Shown here: positions 48,986 through 61,088 of the stretch, piece after piece
How the letters are laid out: each line of letters begins with the position of its first letter
Numbering within the stretch: position 1 is the stretch's first letter
Assembly: GCA_038087875.1 (NCBI GenBank)
Contig: CM075995.1
Coordinates: forward strand, 7,442,001 to 7,506,000
Length of the DNA stretch: 64,000 bases
Source: Malacoraja senta
Lineage: Eukaryota
Direction of reading: 5' to 3'
Notes under the pieces: model-generated
The model's database searches: none
Seen by the model: only the letters and a program-made list of their open reading frames with translations
What the model was told of the DNA's origin: nothing
Translations under genes and position numbers: made by a program

Positions 48986-49503
48986 TGTGAGATTCAAAAT
49001 CACAAACGCTTTTAGAGACAAAGTCGACAAAGAAGCTTTTTATTTAAATCATATTCTGCAGAATAGGTGCCTCTCCTCTGATGTCCCCTCGAGGCACACC
49101 GAGGATCGGATGTCTTCTATCTTTATACATTTCATGGGTATCATTGTCACACCCTCATCCCTCCCCATTGAGCTTCTTCCAATCATAACATAAAGCCCAC
49201 ATTCCCACGAGAACGTCCTGGAACGTCCACCCGACGTCAAAGACACCTCCCATATCATGCATCGCATGTGCATTTAAATGAGACATCTTGTCATAGTGGG
49301 TGTGTGTACATATTCATGTAAGTTCATTGACCATGCGCACAGAGAGTTGCTCATGACCCTTACCCTAGTTCCATCCCGGACGGTCTCCTTATCTTCTTGT
49401 TCTCATCCTTGAAAAAGTCACCATCTGTACTCGTGCATCCACCCCCTACTGTACAAAGGGTTCTTGTCTAAATCAACATATACCTATTAACCCCTTCCTC
49501 ACA
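48986..49503 (-). mobile_element. Solo LTR (518 bp)
   Basis: TGTGAG...CTCACA termini and 5-bp TSD TGTAC (48981-48985, 49504-49508). Minus-strand TATAAA at about 49102-49107 and AATAAA at about 49039-49044. Confidence 0.85.
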
Positions 49504-50659
49504 TGTACCTAGGTACAGTGATATTCCTTTTTGCATAGAGTTCAGCAAAAATCAAGCACATTCATACATTCTCCCGTGACCACGTGGGTTTTCTCTGGAT
49601 TCTCCGGTTTCCTCCCACACTCTAAAGACCTGCAGGTTTGTTGGCTAATTGGCTTTGGTAAAAATTGTAAATTGTCCCCAGTGTGTGTGTCGGATAGTGC
49701 TAGTGTACGGGGATCGCTGGTCGGCGCGGACTCAGTGGGACGAAGGGCCTGTTTCGGCACCGTATCTTCAAAGGTTCAATGATTCAACGGTTCAATGCTA
49801 CTTTATCTTAAGCACGTTCATAGTTAAGTACAAGAGTAGGAATAGTAGATCACACTGAGACCGTACACAAGAGTCGCCACGATTCTGGCACCATTTTGTA
49901 AGCTTCAAGCCCAAAGTTAAAAGGCTTATCTTGGTCTTGAAGGCCCGTTGCCCAGGCAACAGCAATGGGTCAGAGTTCAGGGGTCGTCCTGGCCTGGCGA
50001 TGTTGTCGATGTCCTCCATTGCTGTTCAGTTTCTTCCAAGCTGGTATCAGGCAACTGAATCATCCTACCACAACTAGAGAGTGGTCCTGAACTACTATCA
50101 ACCTTATTGGAGACCCTCGGACTATCTTTTATCGGACTTTACTGGCATTACCTTGCACTAAACGTTATTCCCTTTAATCATGTATCTATACATCATAAAT
50201 GGTTCGATTGTAATCATGTGTTGTCTTTCCACTGACTGGTCAGGTCAGTACACAACAGAAGCTTTTCACTGTACCTCAGTACACGAGACAATAAACTTTA
50301 CTGAACTGCTCCACCGCTCCGTGCCGCTCGAGGCCGCGTCTGATCCGCACTCTCGGTCCCCTGGAGCAGCACCCGATCCAGTTGAGGCCCAGGCTGCTGC
50401 AGAGCCTCCAGCGGGCCCACTCCTCCACCACCACCTCGATCCAGACACGTTGTCTCATGAACGCACCGTCCCTCACCGTCCCTCACCTCACGCGGCCACG
50501 CTCCCAGACACCTCCAGCAGTCGACCTCAGAGCAGCCAGGCGACCCCCGAGGCCGCGACAGGTAAGGCTAGCGTAAATTCGGAGTATTGTCAGCAGTTGT
50601 GGGCCGCATATCTGAGGAGGGACATGCTGGCTTTGGAGAGTATCCAGAGGAGGTTTATA

Positions 50660-51196
50660 ATAGACAATAGGTGCAGGAGTAGGCCATTCGGCCCTTTCGA
50701 GCCAGCATCGCCATTCAATGTGATCACGGCTGATCATCCACAATCAGTACCTCGTTCCTGCCTTCTCCCCATATCCCCTGACACCGTTATCTTTAAGAGC
50801 CCTATCTAGCTCTCTCTTGAAAGTATCCAGAGAACCGGCCTCCACCGCCCTCTGAGGCAGAGAATTCCACAGACTCACCACTCTCTGTGTGTAAAAGTGT
50901 TTCCTCATCTCCGTCCTAAATGGCTCACCCCTTATTCTTAAACTGTGTGGCCCCTGGTCTGGACTCCCCCAACATCGGGAACATGTTTCCTGCCTCTAGC
51001 GTGTCCAAGCCCTTAACAATCTTATATGTTTCAATAAGATCCCACCTCTCATCCTTCTAAACTCCAGAGTGTACAAGCCCAGCTGCTCCATTCTCTCAGC
51101 ATATGACAGTCCCGCCATCCCGGGAATTAACCTTGTAAACCTACGCTGCACTCCCTCAATAGCAAGAATGCCCTTCCTCAAATTTGGAGACAAAAC
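50660..51196 (-). mobile_element. CR1 LINE 3' fragment
   Basis: SPNLRKGILAIEGVQRRFTRLIPGM...; tail at about 50660. Confidence 0.85.
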
Positions 51197-51232
51197 TTTA
51201 CGAGAATGATCACAGGAACGAGTGGATTCTTA

Positions 51233-51427
51233 AGGGCCTGTCCCACTTGGACGTCATTTGCGCGTCATTTACGCGACATCATTTACCCGTCACGAAGCAC
51301 GGCGTGTATTACGCGCGCGCGGTGCGTGGTGACGTAGGCAGTGGCGCCCGGTCGCGTGCGGCGCCCCAGGATTTGGGGATTCACGAAATCTTCGCGCACC
51401 ACCTGCGTGACGCGCAAATGACGCCCT
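51233..51427. mobile_element. PIF/Harbinger-type MITE with damaged right end
   Basis: Left end AGGGCCTGTCCCACT is identical to that at 11720; inverted CGTCATTTGCGCGTCA / TGACGCGCAAATGACG; TTAA context on both sides. Confidence 0.7.
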
Positions 51428-51999
51428 TAAAACATTGTAAGAGGCTCTGACTCCACCAAGTTCTTAGACAGTGCATTCCAGATTACAACCCCGTCAGAAT
51501 GGAAATAATAGGAACATAGAAAAATAGGTGCAGGAGTAGGCCGTTCGGCCCTTCGAGCCAGCACCGCCATTCAATGTGATCATGGCTGATCATCCCCAAT
51601 CAGTACCCCGTTCCTGCTTTCTCCCCATATCCCTTGATTCCGTTAGCCCTAGAGATAAATCTAACTCTTTCTTGAAAACATCAGTGAATTGGCCTCCACC
51701 GCCCTCTGTGGCAGAGAATTCCACAGATTCACAACTCTCTGGGTGAAGACGTTTTTCCTCATCTCAGTCCCAAATGGCCGACCCCTTATTCTTAAACTGT
51801 GGCCCCTGGTTCTGAACTCCCCCAACACAACCTCCCCCCTTCTGTCTGCCATTGGAAAGATTTCTTACTGTCTTCCCCTGTCGAGCCATTGTTCCCTGTT
51901 TAACCCTTCGGCCTTCTCTGCTCCAGAGAAAATAAGCCTAGCTTTTCCACTCACCCTTAATGAGTGATACGTTCCAACCCAACACTACATTCTGGTGAA

Positions 52000-52402
52000 T
52001 GGTTCTGTCCTCGGTCTCCTCCATTGTCAGAATGAGGCTAAAGGCAAATTGGAGGAACAGCATTTTATATTTCACTTGGGCAGCTTGCAGCCCAGCGGTA
52101 TGAATATTAATTTATCTCACTTCAGGTAGCCCCGGCATTCCCTCTCTCTCTACCCCTCCCCCACCCAAGTCGCACCAGCTTCTCATTTTCACCCCACAAA
52201 CAGCTAACAATGTCCTACTTCCTTTATCAGCGTTACTTTTTAACATATCTTTCATTCGTTGTTCTTTATCTCTCCTACATCTCTCGTTTCCCTTAGCCCT
52301 AACCAGTCTGAAGAAGGGTCTCGACCCGAAACGTCACCCATTCCTTCTCTCCAGAGACGCTGCCCGTCCCGCTGAGTTACTCCTGCTTTTTGTGTCTATC
52401 TT
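52000..52402 (+). mobile_element. Penelope-like element 3' end (GIY-YIG tail, UTR, hammerhead-like motif at 52308-52335)
   Basis: VLGLLHCQNEAKGKLEEQHFIFHLGSLQPSGMNI, followed by CTGAAGAAGGGTCTCGACCCGAAACGTC. Confidence 0.85.
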
Positions 52403-54176
52403 CTGGTGAATCTCCTCTGCACACTCTCAGTCCAATCATAGGTTCATCAGTCTTTGGAGGAGAATTAGGCTATTCGGCCCATCGAGTCTGCTCTACCATT
52501 TGTTCATGGTTGCTCCAGTCTTCCTTCTCAACCCCATTCTCGAAGGTTCAATGGTGCCTTTGTTACATGGGCAACGTGAAAACGCAGTGAAATTCTTTTC
52601 TTACAAACAGTCCAGTGGAATATCACCACACCATCCCCGATTAGCAAGTGTAAAGAAATAGCCTGCTGATCCCGCGTGCAAGAGGCGACATGTTTAGGTG
52701 CCATTTCCCAGGTCCAGTCCGTGCTCCAGCTGTTATGAGCGGAGCCCGATCCAGGCGAGCCCCAGGCTGCTGCAGGGCCTCCAGCCATCGCCTTCCTTGG
52801 TCGACCAGCGACCCCACATCCCCTCTCCTCTCCTCGCCCGTCCACCTTTGTCACCCCGGGGGTGGGTGGAATCCTCCCGCAGCCGTGTCCTCGAGGGGGC
52901 AGTGGGCCAGATCCCGGTTCCCTTACCTCTCCTCCGGCCTCACTCCTCGCCCCTCCCGTCCGTCATCATTTGCCGCTTCCATCCTCCCGCTCCCTGGTCT
53001 CCTGCCCTTTCCCCGTATCCTTCGACACTCTTACTAATCAATTACTAATCATAGGTTTAAGGTGAGTGGGGGGGGGGGGAGATTTAATAGGACCTGAGGA
53101 GTAGCTTTTACAAGCAAAGGGTGGTGGGTGTATGGTGCGAGATACTGGAGGTGGTAGTTGAGGCTGGGACTATCGCAACATTTAAGAAACACTTGGACAG
53201 GTACGCTCAGTCTGAAAGAAGGGTTCGGCCCGAAACGTTGCCTATTTCCTTCGCTCCATAGATGCTGCCGCGCCCGCTGAGTTTCTCCAGCACTTTTGTC
53301 CACCTTTAACACATGGATATGACAGGTTTAGAAGGATATGGGCCAAATGCAGGCAGGTGGGACGAGTGTTGCTGGGACAGTGTGGGTTAGTTGGGCCGAA
53401 GGGCCTGTTTCGATGACTCTGTCAATCTGTTCGTTAAGAATACGCATTGACGGCCTCTACAGTCGTCTGTGGCGATGAATTCACAGATTTACCACCATCT
53501 GGCTAAATAAATCCCATCTCATCTGCATTCAAAACGTATGACTTATTCTGAGGCTCTGCCCACTGGTCCTAGACTCTCCCACAAGTGCCTGATAACAGCC
53601 GGGAACAAAACTGTCCCTGAATCTGGAGGTGTGTGCGTTTTCACACTTCTGTACCTCTTGCCCGATGGGAGAGAGGGGAGAAGAGGGAGTGGGCAAGGGG
53701 GTGAGACTGGTCCTTGATGATGCTGCTGGCGTGAGGTGTAAGTGGAGTCAGTGGGAGGGAGAAAGACACAAAATGCTGGAGTAACACAGCGGGACAGGCA
53801 GCATCTCTGGAGAGAAGCAATGGGTGACTTTTATAAGGGAGGGTGGTTTGGGTGATGGTCAATAGACAATAGACAACAGGTGCAGGAGGAGGCCATTCGG
53901 CCCTTCGAGCCAGCACCACCGTTCACTGTGATCATGGCTGATCATCCACAAACAGTACCCCGTTCCTGCCTTCTCCCCATATCCCCTGACTCCGCTATCT
54001 TTAAGAGCTCTGTCTAACTCTCTCTTGAAACCATCCAGTCAATTGGCCTTGTGTGGCAGAGAATTCCTCAGATTCACAACCCTCTGGGTGAAAAAGTTGT
54101 TCTCATCTCCGTTCTAAATGGCCTACCCCTTGTTCTTAAACTGTGGCCCCTGGTTCTGGACTGGCCTGGTCTGGGC

Positions 54177-54593
54177 CAAAGATCCTCCAGCAGAGCAAGA
54201 TAACCCACTCGACAGTAAAAGACGTAGTACGGTCATGGGCAGATTCATGGGTAATTTTCGGCCCCATTTCCGCAACCGGCTTCCGTCTCCGCACCAAAGA
54301 TCCCATCACAGCGGAGCAAAGATAACTAGTGCGGAGACGGAAGCCGGTTACGGAAACATCCTCGTAAAAAATAACAGTTATTTGGGAAAAATATTCCCCT
54401 CGTTTTCAGAATTTTAATTTATTAACACAAACTGTTCCCCCGCAACGTTGATTACACTGCGGGGTCCGGTCGGGTCGGGTCGGGTTACTGAAATGGATGA
54501 AAAAAAGGTCCACGTTCCGCTCCGTTCCGCACTACACGTCAGCCCGTTCCATTTAGCAGGAGTGGTCTCTCCTGCTCTGCTATAGGATCTTTG
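54177..54593. mobile_element. P-superfamily-like MITE
   Basis: CAAAGATCCT...AGGATCTTTG termini (about 34-bp imperfect TIR) and 8-bp TSD GTCTGGGC / GTCTGGAC. Confidence 0.7.
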
Positions 54594-55277
54594 GTCTGGA
54601 CTGCGTCCATAATTCTCTGCAATTTCTTGCACAGTCGAGGAGCGTGTGCTGCACGAATCTTGAACACATAATTTCCCAATGTTTACCTTGTAAAGCACGC
54701 AAAGGCCAGATAAACAACTGCTATCGAGCTGCGCAGGAGGAACTTCACCAGTATCTGTAGGGACCTGAGAATAATATAGAAAACACAGAGACCTCCCCGT
54801 GGATTAGACCAACGCTGTGAGACGGCGGGGGCATCAGGTGGATGGGTGGTGTCTTAGACAGCAGGTGCAGGAGTAGGCCATTCGGCCCTTCGAGCCAGCA
54901 CCGCCATGCATTGTGATCATAGACGGAATATTTTTGTTTCGTTTCGTTTAGAGATACAGCGCGGAAACAGGCCCTTCGGCCCACCGCGTCCGCGCCGACC
55001 GGCGATCCCCGCGCACTAACACTACCCTACACACACTGGGGACAATTTTACATTTACACCACCAACATGTACGTCTTCGGAGTGTGGGAGGAAACCTGAA
55101 GATCTCAAGGGGAAACCCACGCAGGTCACGGGGAGAACGTACAAACTCCGTACAGACATCGCCCCTTAGTCAGGATCGAACCTGGGACCCTGGCGCTGCA
55201 AGGCAGAAACTCTACCATTGCACCACCGTGCCACTGAATAGAAGCTGGGGAAATTCTTTAAAGACCACTCCCTCTTC

Positions 55278-55757
55278 TCCGGAATGACGGGACTGTCGTA
55301 TGCTGAGGGAATGGAGCGGCTGGGCTTGTACACTCTGGAGTTTAGAAGGATGAGAGGGTATCTCATTGAGACATATAAGATTGTTAAGGGCTTGGACACG
55401 CTAGAGGCAGGAAACATGTTCCCGATGTTGGGGGGAGTCCAGAACCAGGGGCCACAGTTTAAGAATAAGGGGTAAGCCATTTAGAACGGAGATGAGGAAA
55501 CACTTTTTCTCACAGAGAGTGGTGAGTCTGCGGAATTCTCTGCCTCAGAGGGCGGTGGAGGCCGGTTCTCTGGATGCTTTCAAGAGAGAGCTAGATGGGG
55601 CTCTTAAAAATAGTGGAGTCAGGGGATATGGGGAGAAGGCAGGAACGGGGTACTGATTGGGGATGATCAGCCATGATCACATTGAATGGCGGTGCTGGCT
55701 CGAAGGGCCGAATGGCCTACTCCTGCACCTATTGTCCATTGTCTATTGTCTATTGTC
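55278..55757 (+). mobile_element. CR1 LINE 3' fragment
   Basis: GLSYAEGMERLGLYTLEFRRMRGYLIETYK...; tail present. Confidence 0.85.
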
Positions 55758-55830
55758 CCCTCTCCCATCAGGCAAGAGGTACAGAAGTTTGAAAATGCAG
55801 ACCTCCAGTTTCAGGGACAGTTTCTTCCCA

Positions 55831-56016
55831 GGTAGACAAAAATGCTGGAGAATCTCAGCAGGTGCAGCAGCATCTATGGAGCGAAGGAAATAGGCAACGT
55901 TTCGGGCCGAAACGTTGCCTGTTTCCTTCGCTCCATAGATGCCGCTGCACCCGCTGCGTTTCTCCAGCATTTTTGTCTACCTTCGATTTTCCAGCATCTG
56001 CAGTTCCTTCTTGAAC
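55831..56016. mobile_element. Penelope-derived fold-back insertion
   Basis: Inverted repeat 55831-55981 and 14-bp TSD ACAGTTTCTTCCCA (55817-55830, 56017-56030). Confidence 0.8.
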
Positions 56017-56742
56017 ACAGTTTCTTCCCAGCTGTTATCAGGCAACTGAACCATTTATTCTGATATTCTATGGTATATGGACACACTGATCTGATCTGTA
56101 TTTATGCCTACAATATTCTGTTGTGCTGCATCAAAGCAAGAATATCATTGTCCTATCTGGGACACATGACAATAAACTCTCTTGACTTGACTTGAACCTA
56201 TCAACAACTAGAGGGCGGTCCTGAACTACTATCGACCTCATTGGAGACCCTCGGACTATCTTTGAACGGACTTTACTGGCTTTTTCTTGCACTAAACGTT
56301 ATTCACGTAATTCCCTTTTATTATATATCTGTACACAGTGGACGCTCCAATTTATTTCCCCCCCACCACCCACCCAACCACCTCTACCCTCTCCGTCCCT
56401 CCCCCACCCAAGTTGCACCAGCTTTCCCTTCACACCGTCACGGTGGCGCAGCGTTGTGCGGCCGCTTGCAGCGCCTGAGACCCGGATTCGATCCCGACCA
56501 CGGGTGCTGCCTGTACGGAGTTTGCACGTTCTCCCCGTGGCCCGAGTGGGTTTTCTACGAGATCTTCGGTTTCCCCCCCCCACGCTCGAAAGACGTGCAG
56601 GGTTGTACGTTAATTGGCTCGGTAAATGTTTAAAAAAATTGTCCCTGGTGTGTGTAGAATGGTGTTAATGTGCGGGGATCGCTGGTCGGCACGGACCCGG
56701 TGGGCCGAAGGGCCTGTTTCCGTGCTGTATCTGTAAACTAAA

Positions 56743-57147
56743 GATTGAGGGGGGATCTTATAGAAACGTACAAAATTCTTAAGGGGTTGGACAGGCTAGA
56801 TGCAGGAAGATTGTTCCCGATGTTGGGGAAGTCCAGAACAAGGGGGGTCACAGTTTAAGGATAAGGGGGAAGTCTTTTAGGACCGAGATGAGAAAAACAT
56901 TTTTCGCACAGAGAGTGGTGAATCTAAGGAACTCTCTGCCACAGAAGGTAGTTGAGGCCAGTTCATTGGCTATATTTAAGAGGGAGTTAGATGTGGCCCT
57001 TGTGGCTAAAGGGATCAGGGGGTATGGAGAGAAGGCAGGTACAGGATACTGAGTTGGATGATCAGCCATGATCATATTGAATGGCGGTGCAGGCTCGAAG
57101 GGCCAAATGGCCTACTCCTGCACCTATTTTCTATGTTTCTATGTTTC
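56743..57147 (+). mobile_element. CR1 LINE 3' fragment
   Basis: RLRGDLIETYKILKGLDRLDAGRLFPMLG...; (TTTCTATG)n tail. Confidence 0.88.
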
Positions 57148-57450
57148 TAAACTAAACTAGACCTAGCTACAGCTGACAATGACCTGTTTCCTTCATCATC
57201 GTTAATTTTTTACATGTTTTTCATTCATTTGTTCAGCTTTTAACTGACTTTATTCTTCTGATGACCTTGTAAAGATGACCTTTATTCTCTTGTATTTATC
57301 TCAGCGTACCCTGCAGCAGCCTGTGTGCTCCTGTAGTACATGGGACTCTGTATTTGACCTCAGCGTTTGTGTTTTTTGACCTCTCAATTTTTTAATTTTT
57401 AATTTAATATTTTTAAATATAAATCAGTGCTTTTTACGCTATTAACTGTC

Positions 57451-58657
57451 CATGGCCTAAAAATCCATCAGGCGAGAATACATAGATACATAGAAAATAG
57501 GTGCAGGAGTAGGTCATTCGGCCCTTCGAGCCTGCACCGCCATTCAATATGATCATGGCTGATCATCCAACTCAGTATCCTGTACCTGCCTTCTCTCCAT
57601 ACCCCCTGATCCCTTTAGCCACAAGGGCCACATCTAACTCCCTCTTAAATATAGCCAATGAACTGGCCTCAACGACCCTCTGTGGCAGAGAGTTCCAGAG
57701 ATTCACCACTCTCTGTGTGAAAACGTTTTTTCTCATCTCGGTCTTAAAGGATTTCCCCCTTATCCTTAAGCTGTGACCCCTTGTCCTGGACTTCCCCAAC
57801 ATCGGGAACAATCTTCCTGCATCTAGCCTGTCCAACCCCATAAGAATTTTGTACGTTTCTATAAGATCCCCTCTCAATCTCCTAAATTCTAGCGAGTATA
57901 AGCCAAGTCTATCCAGTCTTTCTTCATATGAAAGTCCTGACATCCCAGGAATCAGTCTGGTGAACCTTCTCTGTACTCCCTCTATGGCTATAATGTCCTT
58001 CCTCAGATTTGGAGACCAAAACTCTACGCAATACTCCAGGTGTGGGCTCACCAAGACCCTGTACAACTGCAGTAGAACCTCCCTGCTCCTATACTCAAAT
58101 CCTCTTGCTATGAAGGCCAACATACCATTCGCTTTCTTCACTGCCTGCTGCACCTGCATGCCTACTTTCAATGACTGGTGTACCATGACACCCAGGTCTC
58201 GCTGCATCTCCCCTTTTCCTAATCGGCCACCATTTAGATAATAGTCTGCTCGGAGAAGGAGAAAGAGGTGCAGCGCACGCACGGGCCTTGAACCTGGTGA
58301 GACGCAGGAGGAGCCCGGCCTGGACTCGCCCCACAGAGCCCAGTCCCTCCACGCACTAGAGTCTCCCGACCCCTGCAGAGTGGTTACTAAGATGGCTGAT
58401 CCGCGGGCGGTTGCTGCTGCGACGCAAGTCGGGGCCTGATCAACCCCGGCTGGGTCGCCTGGGCGAGGGTGTCTGGTGTTGTGAGACCCGAAACACCCGA
58501 TGACCCCAGATCACACCACCGAGGATGCGTCCCAGCGCATCTACAAGATGTATATTTATCACACTGGTTTAAATTGTATTTTGGCTTAGACCTGGGTTGC
58601 ATTCAATTGTATGAAAAGTCCAACACAAATAAAGATATTATTATTATTATTATTATT
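57451..58657 (+). mobile_element. Internally deleted HERO-like (restriction-like-endonuclease non-LTR) derivative, split by a CR1
   Basis: GLKIHQAR(M) at 57454-57479 continues after the CR1 as EKEKEVQRT.GLEPGETQEEPGLDSPHRAQSL, then joins DPRAVAAATQVGA*. A structured 3' UTR and AATAAAG-(ATT)n tail follow. Family call is from recall of fish HERO ORF termini. Confidence 0.6.
57480..58249 (-). mobile_element. Young CR1 LINE 3' fragment with uninterrupted ORF2 C-terminus
   Basis: ORF 57572-58282 (-); nearly identical to 46851-47665. Confidence 0.92.
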
Positions 58658-60452
58658 ATATCTCTCTACATCACCGTCTACATTTCTCCTTTCCCTTTCC
58701 CGTGACTTTCAGTCTGAAGAAGAGTCGCCCATTCCTTCTCTCCAGAGACGCTGCCTGTCCCGCTGAGTTGCTCCAGCATTTTGTGTCTATCTTCGATGTA
58801 CACCAGCATCTGCAGCTCCTTCCTACACCTGCAGATCAGTGGGTTCTTTCATTCCCAGTGGACACTGGGCTGTATTTAGCACCGCAGTCAATATAGAGCA
58901 TTGCCAGGAAACAATACGGAGCTTAGTTTAGTTTAGAGATAACAGTGTGGAAACAGGCCCTTCAGTCCACCGAGTCCGTACTGTCCAGCGTAACACAATC
59001 CTACACACACTAGGGACAATTTACTAATTTACCAAACCAATCAGCCTACAAACCTGCACGTCTTCGGAGTGTGGGAGGAAACCGGAGCACCCGGGGAAAA
59101 CCCATGCGGGTCACGGGGAGAACGTACAAACTCCGTACAGGATCGAACCCGTAGTCGGGATTGAACCTGGGCCTCCGGCGCTGTGAGGCGGCAACTCTAC
59201 CGCTGCGTCACCGTGCCGCCCAAAAACCTCAGGTATTCGGTTTGTTATTGTCATGTGTCAGGTACAGTGGAGAGATTTGTTTTGCTTGCTCTGCAATCAG
59301 ATCAGGTAATACTGTACATCAATACAATCAAGTCAAACTCAAGCACAAAACAAAGAGCAAAGGGGAAGATACAGAGTGCAGAATATTGTACCCACTATTG
59401 TTGTGCATCAGTTCCAATGGCCCCAAATGGGTGGCACGGTGGAGCAGCGGTAGAGTTGCTGCCTCACAGCGTCAGAGACCCGGGTTTGATAATGACTACG
59501 GGTGCTGTCTGTACGGAGTTTGTACCTTCTCCCTGTGACCGCATGGGTAAAGTAGTCAGAGGGTGGAGAATCGAATAGTGAAAGGCCTGGATAGAGTGAA
59601 TGTGGAGAGGATGTTTCCACTAGCGGGACAGTCGAGGACCAGAGGTCAAAGCCTCAGAATAATAGGAAGTTCCTTTAGAAAATGAGATGAGGGGGAATTT
59701 CTTTAGTCAGCGGGTGGTGAATCTGTGGAATTCATTGTCACAGATGACTGTGGAGGCCAAGTTAGTGGATATTTTTAAGGGGGAGAAGGCAGGAGAATGG
59801 GCTTAGGAGCGAGAGGTAGATCAGCCATGATTGAATGGCGGAGTAGACTTGATGGGCCAAATGGCCTAATTCTGCTCCTATCACTGATGAATTCAGTTTC
59901 TTGTACTGCAGTGAGCATAATCCCAGGATCGGAGCAGATTTTCTGCACTGTATCTCTAAGCTAAACTAAACCTCTGTAAGATCGCCCCTCATTCTCATGC
60001 GCTCCAAGGAATAGAGTCCCAGCCTACTCAACCTCTCCCTGTAGCTCAGGCCCTCGAGTCTGCGCCCTTTCCAGCTTCAATAATATCCTATTGAGGGGAT
60101 TGGCAACCTCCACCGACCTTTGTTTCTGGCAATTCTTATGAAATCAAATGCCCTAAAACTGAAAATGAGGTGTTGATTAGCTAGAACCCCATTGAAACTA
60201 ATTATGTAGGTAGTTCACTGCTCCAGGGTATTAGATCACGTTTAATGACAGCTGCGACTCACAAAACAGCTCTTAACTTCTCACATGTTGATTATAAATT
60301 ATCTTTCCTTGTTGTGATATTTTAAAATCACACCGCTTGATGCCAGCAAGGATACATTCAAATGTAGACGCAGAATGCTGGAGTAATTCGGCGGGACAGG
60401 CAGCATCTCTGGTGAGAAGGAACGGGTGATGTTTCGGGTCGAGACCCTTCAT

Positions 60453-60680
60453 CGGAGCCGGATTTACCACCAGGCTTCGTCAGCTGAAGCCTAGGGCTTC
60501 GAAATCTAGGGGGCCTCCTGCCAAGGTGTATAATATTTTTGACACTGTCATAGGCCTTTCTTACATATGCTGTCACAACGCACTGTAGTCTCTAAACAAC
60601 CCTTCAGTGGGTAATTTTCCTTGCCCTCCATTTCAGAATAATAGTGTTTTAAGCCGATAACTCGACACTAGCACTGGCAA

Positions 60681-60715
<35 letters not shown>

Positions 60716-61088
60716 ATGGATAAATAAATAAATAAATAAGTAGATAAGTGAATAAATAGATAGATAAATAAATAGATAGATAAATAAATAAATGAATAGA
60801 TAGATAGATAAATAAATAAATGAATAGATAGATAAATAGATAAATAGATAGATAAATAAATAAATGAATAGATAGATAAATAAATAAATAAATAGATAAA
60901 TAGATGAATAAATAAATAAATAAATAAATAAAGCGCGGCTTTCCAGCCCCTTATCTCATTGGCCACGCTCGGCTGAAAATCGGTGTCAATCTGGTGGACC
61001 ATCTTCCTCTAGTCGTGGGGGTGGGGGATTGGGAGGGGCCTCACAAGTGGAACAGCCTAGGGCCTCTCTTCATCTAAATCCGGCCCTG
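60453..61088. mobile_element. Non-autonomous hAT element with internal (TAAA/TAGA)n microsatellite (60678-60932)
   Basis: Termini CGGAGCCGGATTTA / TAAATCCGGCCCTG and perfect 8-bp TSD CCCTTCAT (60445-60452, 61089-61096). Confidence 0.88.

Noticed and set aside
50180..50809. 209-aa ORF with GC-rich core and GTAAGG donor-like site at 50562
   Set aside because: It runs across several unrelated repeats, and the GC-rich core resembles the repeat at about 52740-52790.
60649..61002. Hydrophobic YLFI-repeat ORF
   Set aside because: Translation of a (TAAA/TAGA)n microsatellite.
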